Of a stretch of DNA of 64,000 nt, positions 63,283 through 64,000 are shown piece after piece. This DNA comes from Nymphaea colorata (Eukaryota), in NCBI RefSeq assembly GCF_008831285.2, contig NC_045138.2, positions 9,548,001 to 9,612,000 of the forward strand, written 5' to 3'. The position numbers and the translations under genes are program-made. The notes beneath the pieces are model-generated. The model had not been told where the DNA came from, did no database searches, and worked only from the letters and a program-made list of their open reading frames with translations. Each line of letters starts with the position of its first letter. Within the stretch, counting starts at the first letter, position 1.

Positions 63283-64000
63283 TTAATATATTGTTTTAAA
63301 GGCAGTCATCTCAACTATGTCTCTACACATGTCATGCTTCTCTTTAAGTAGAGACTTGATCATCATATCTACAAGATTCTTCTCTATATGTATATTCTCT
63401 AACTGAATCAGTTTTTGCTCAAGCACATCACGAATCCAATGATATCTGACATTCCTTGAGTGAAACGCTGAATTCTTCGCCAAGTGTATAGCGCTTTGGC
63501 TATCACAATGCAACACATAGGTCTTCTGACTAAGGCCTATATCATAAAGAAAACTCTTCATCCACAACAACTTTTTACAAGCTTCAGTTGCTACAATATA
63601 TTTTGCTTCTGTAGTGGAAAAAGCAACACACTTCTGTAACCTAAACCGCCATGATACAGCTCCCCCTACAAAAGTAAAGACATAACGATTAAGAGACTTT
63701 CTAGAGTTCAAGTCACATGACATAACCATTAAGAGACTTTATAGAGTTCAAGTCACATGCCATGTCTGCATCAACAAATCCTTGTATCTCTGGATTAGAT
63801 TCACTAAAACATAAACAGTAATTGTAAGTATGTTTAAGATACCTTATGATCCACTTCACTGCTGCCCAATGCTCATTGCCCGGATTTGACAAGAACTTGT
63901 TAACTACACCAACTGCATAAGCCAAGTCTAGGCGTGTGCAAACCATAGCATACATAAGACTCCCTACTGCAGAGGTATAGGGTACATTGTCCATTCTTTC
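63283..64000 (-). mobile_element. Ty1/Copia RT end and RNase H, frameshifted; runs off the window
   Basis: VPYTSAVGSLMYAMVCTRLDLAYAV, GFVDADMA, SWRFRLQKCVAFSTTEAKY, HCDSQSAIHL. A 40-bp tandem duplication (63681-63760) breaks the frame. Confidence 0.95.

Noticed and set aside
1..64000. tRNA, rRNA, snRNA or known miRNA genes
   Set aside because: None recognised by eye; the tRNA-complementary motifs are retroelement PBSs. A covariance-model scan would be needed to exclude them.

Overview
Flowering-plant nuclear DNA, rich in introns and transposable elements. Three apparently intact spliced genes were built by hand with GT-AG junctions and consistent phases: an 8-exon pheophytinase-like alpha/beta hydrolase (minus, 2831-11235), a 6-exon conserved plant protein of unknown function (plus, 24232-30993) and a 4-exon aminoacylase-1/M20 peptidase (minus, 41881-47146). 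The rest is layered TE debris. It includes the 3' part of a Gypsy chromovirus, three L1-type LINE fragments, a TRIM with a triplicated PBS module, a ~3.9-kb LTR with PBS, a complete 2.55-kb gag+protease-only Copia-type element (TR-GAG-like, TSD CTAAG) nested in a LINE, a CACTA remnant, several hAT-type MITEs with 8-bp TSDs and the 3' end of a Copia element. The most interesting signal is a second CACTA terminus at 56337. It is followed, all on the plus strand, by intron-retaining fragments of two unrelated host genes: a LYM2/CEBiP-type LysM receptor exon lacking its central LysM, and three exons of a B-type response-regulator GARP domain. This looks like a Pack-CACTA gene-shuffling element whose right end is not in the window. 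Family assignments rest on motif recognition from memory, not database searches.
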